From: Camelus dromedarius | Taxonomy: Eukaryota | Direction: 5' to 3' | DNA: 64,000 nucleotides | NCBI RefSeq assembly: GCF_036321535.1 | Contig: NC_087450.1 | Location: 57,908,001-57,972,000, forward strand | Shown: positions 63,641 through 64,000 of the stretch, piece by piece | How the letters are laid out: the number at the start of each line of letters is the position of its first letter | Numbering within the stretch: position 1 is the stretch's first letter | Translations under genes and position numbers: made by a program | The notes under the pieces: generated by a model | Database searches by the model: none | Seen by the model: the letters and a program-made list of their open reading frames with translations, nothing else | Told to the model about the DNA's origin: nothing

Positions 63641-64000
63641 TAGAAGGGCAATGCAAATATTAACTAAAGGCTTAAACTAGGCTTCTGAGAAGTGTAAGCC
63701 ACATTGGCTATTACAATAACACTCTCTTGATTCTGTACATTATATGTCATTCTTGCAGTCATTTAAACATGTGGCAATAATTGGATCTATTACTATCTGA
63801 AAAAACACAGAATAAATTTTTTTAAATAATTATTTTTATTGAGTGAAGTTTGAGTATCTGTCTGAGTATACATAAAGTGAAGCCAAATTTCTTAATTCAA
63901 AAGGAAATTACTGGTCAGATACCAATCCCAAGCATATAAACCCAGCTCAGGAAGCAACATCCCTTGTAAGAAGCTGAATTTATGGTAATCAAAATTATAA

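Overview
Mammalian genomic DNA, most likely camelid (alpaca or camel), judging from tRNA-Ala-derived SINEs with an AAACCTAA..CCCC tail and lineage-type L1 3' ends. Two genes lie in tandem on the minus strand. TAF1B (RNA Pol I SL1 subunit) contributes its last seven coding exons (51882 down to the TGA at 36668-36670). After about 15.8 kb of intergenic DNA comes the 5' half of GRHL1 (grainyhead-like 1): a CpG-island promoter at about 20150-21700, exon 1 hidden in a 221-N gap (20699-20919), and exons 2-8 (17434 down to 8325), all with GT-AG junctions and a continuous frame. The rest is intronic or intergenic and contains L1, L2, MIR, hAT and SINE relics. No prokaryote-type system, CRISPR array or intact RNA gene is present. 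The most interesting observations are: (1) TAF1B's penultimate exon is in phase with GRHL1 exon 2, and TAF1B has no nearby canonical poly(A) signal, so an in-frame read-through fusion is possible; (2) an overlapping +1 frame in GRHL1 exon 4 rejoins the DNA-binding domain if exon 5 is skipped, and its start codon appears relocated relative to human; (3) near-perfect GRHL-type motifs recur around GRHL1 itself, one of them inside an L1 copy; (4) several informative nested or inverted retroelement structures. Exon numbers follow my recollection of the human genes. Repeat family names come from pattern recognition, not a database search, and repeat boundaries are approximate.
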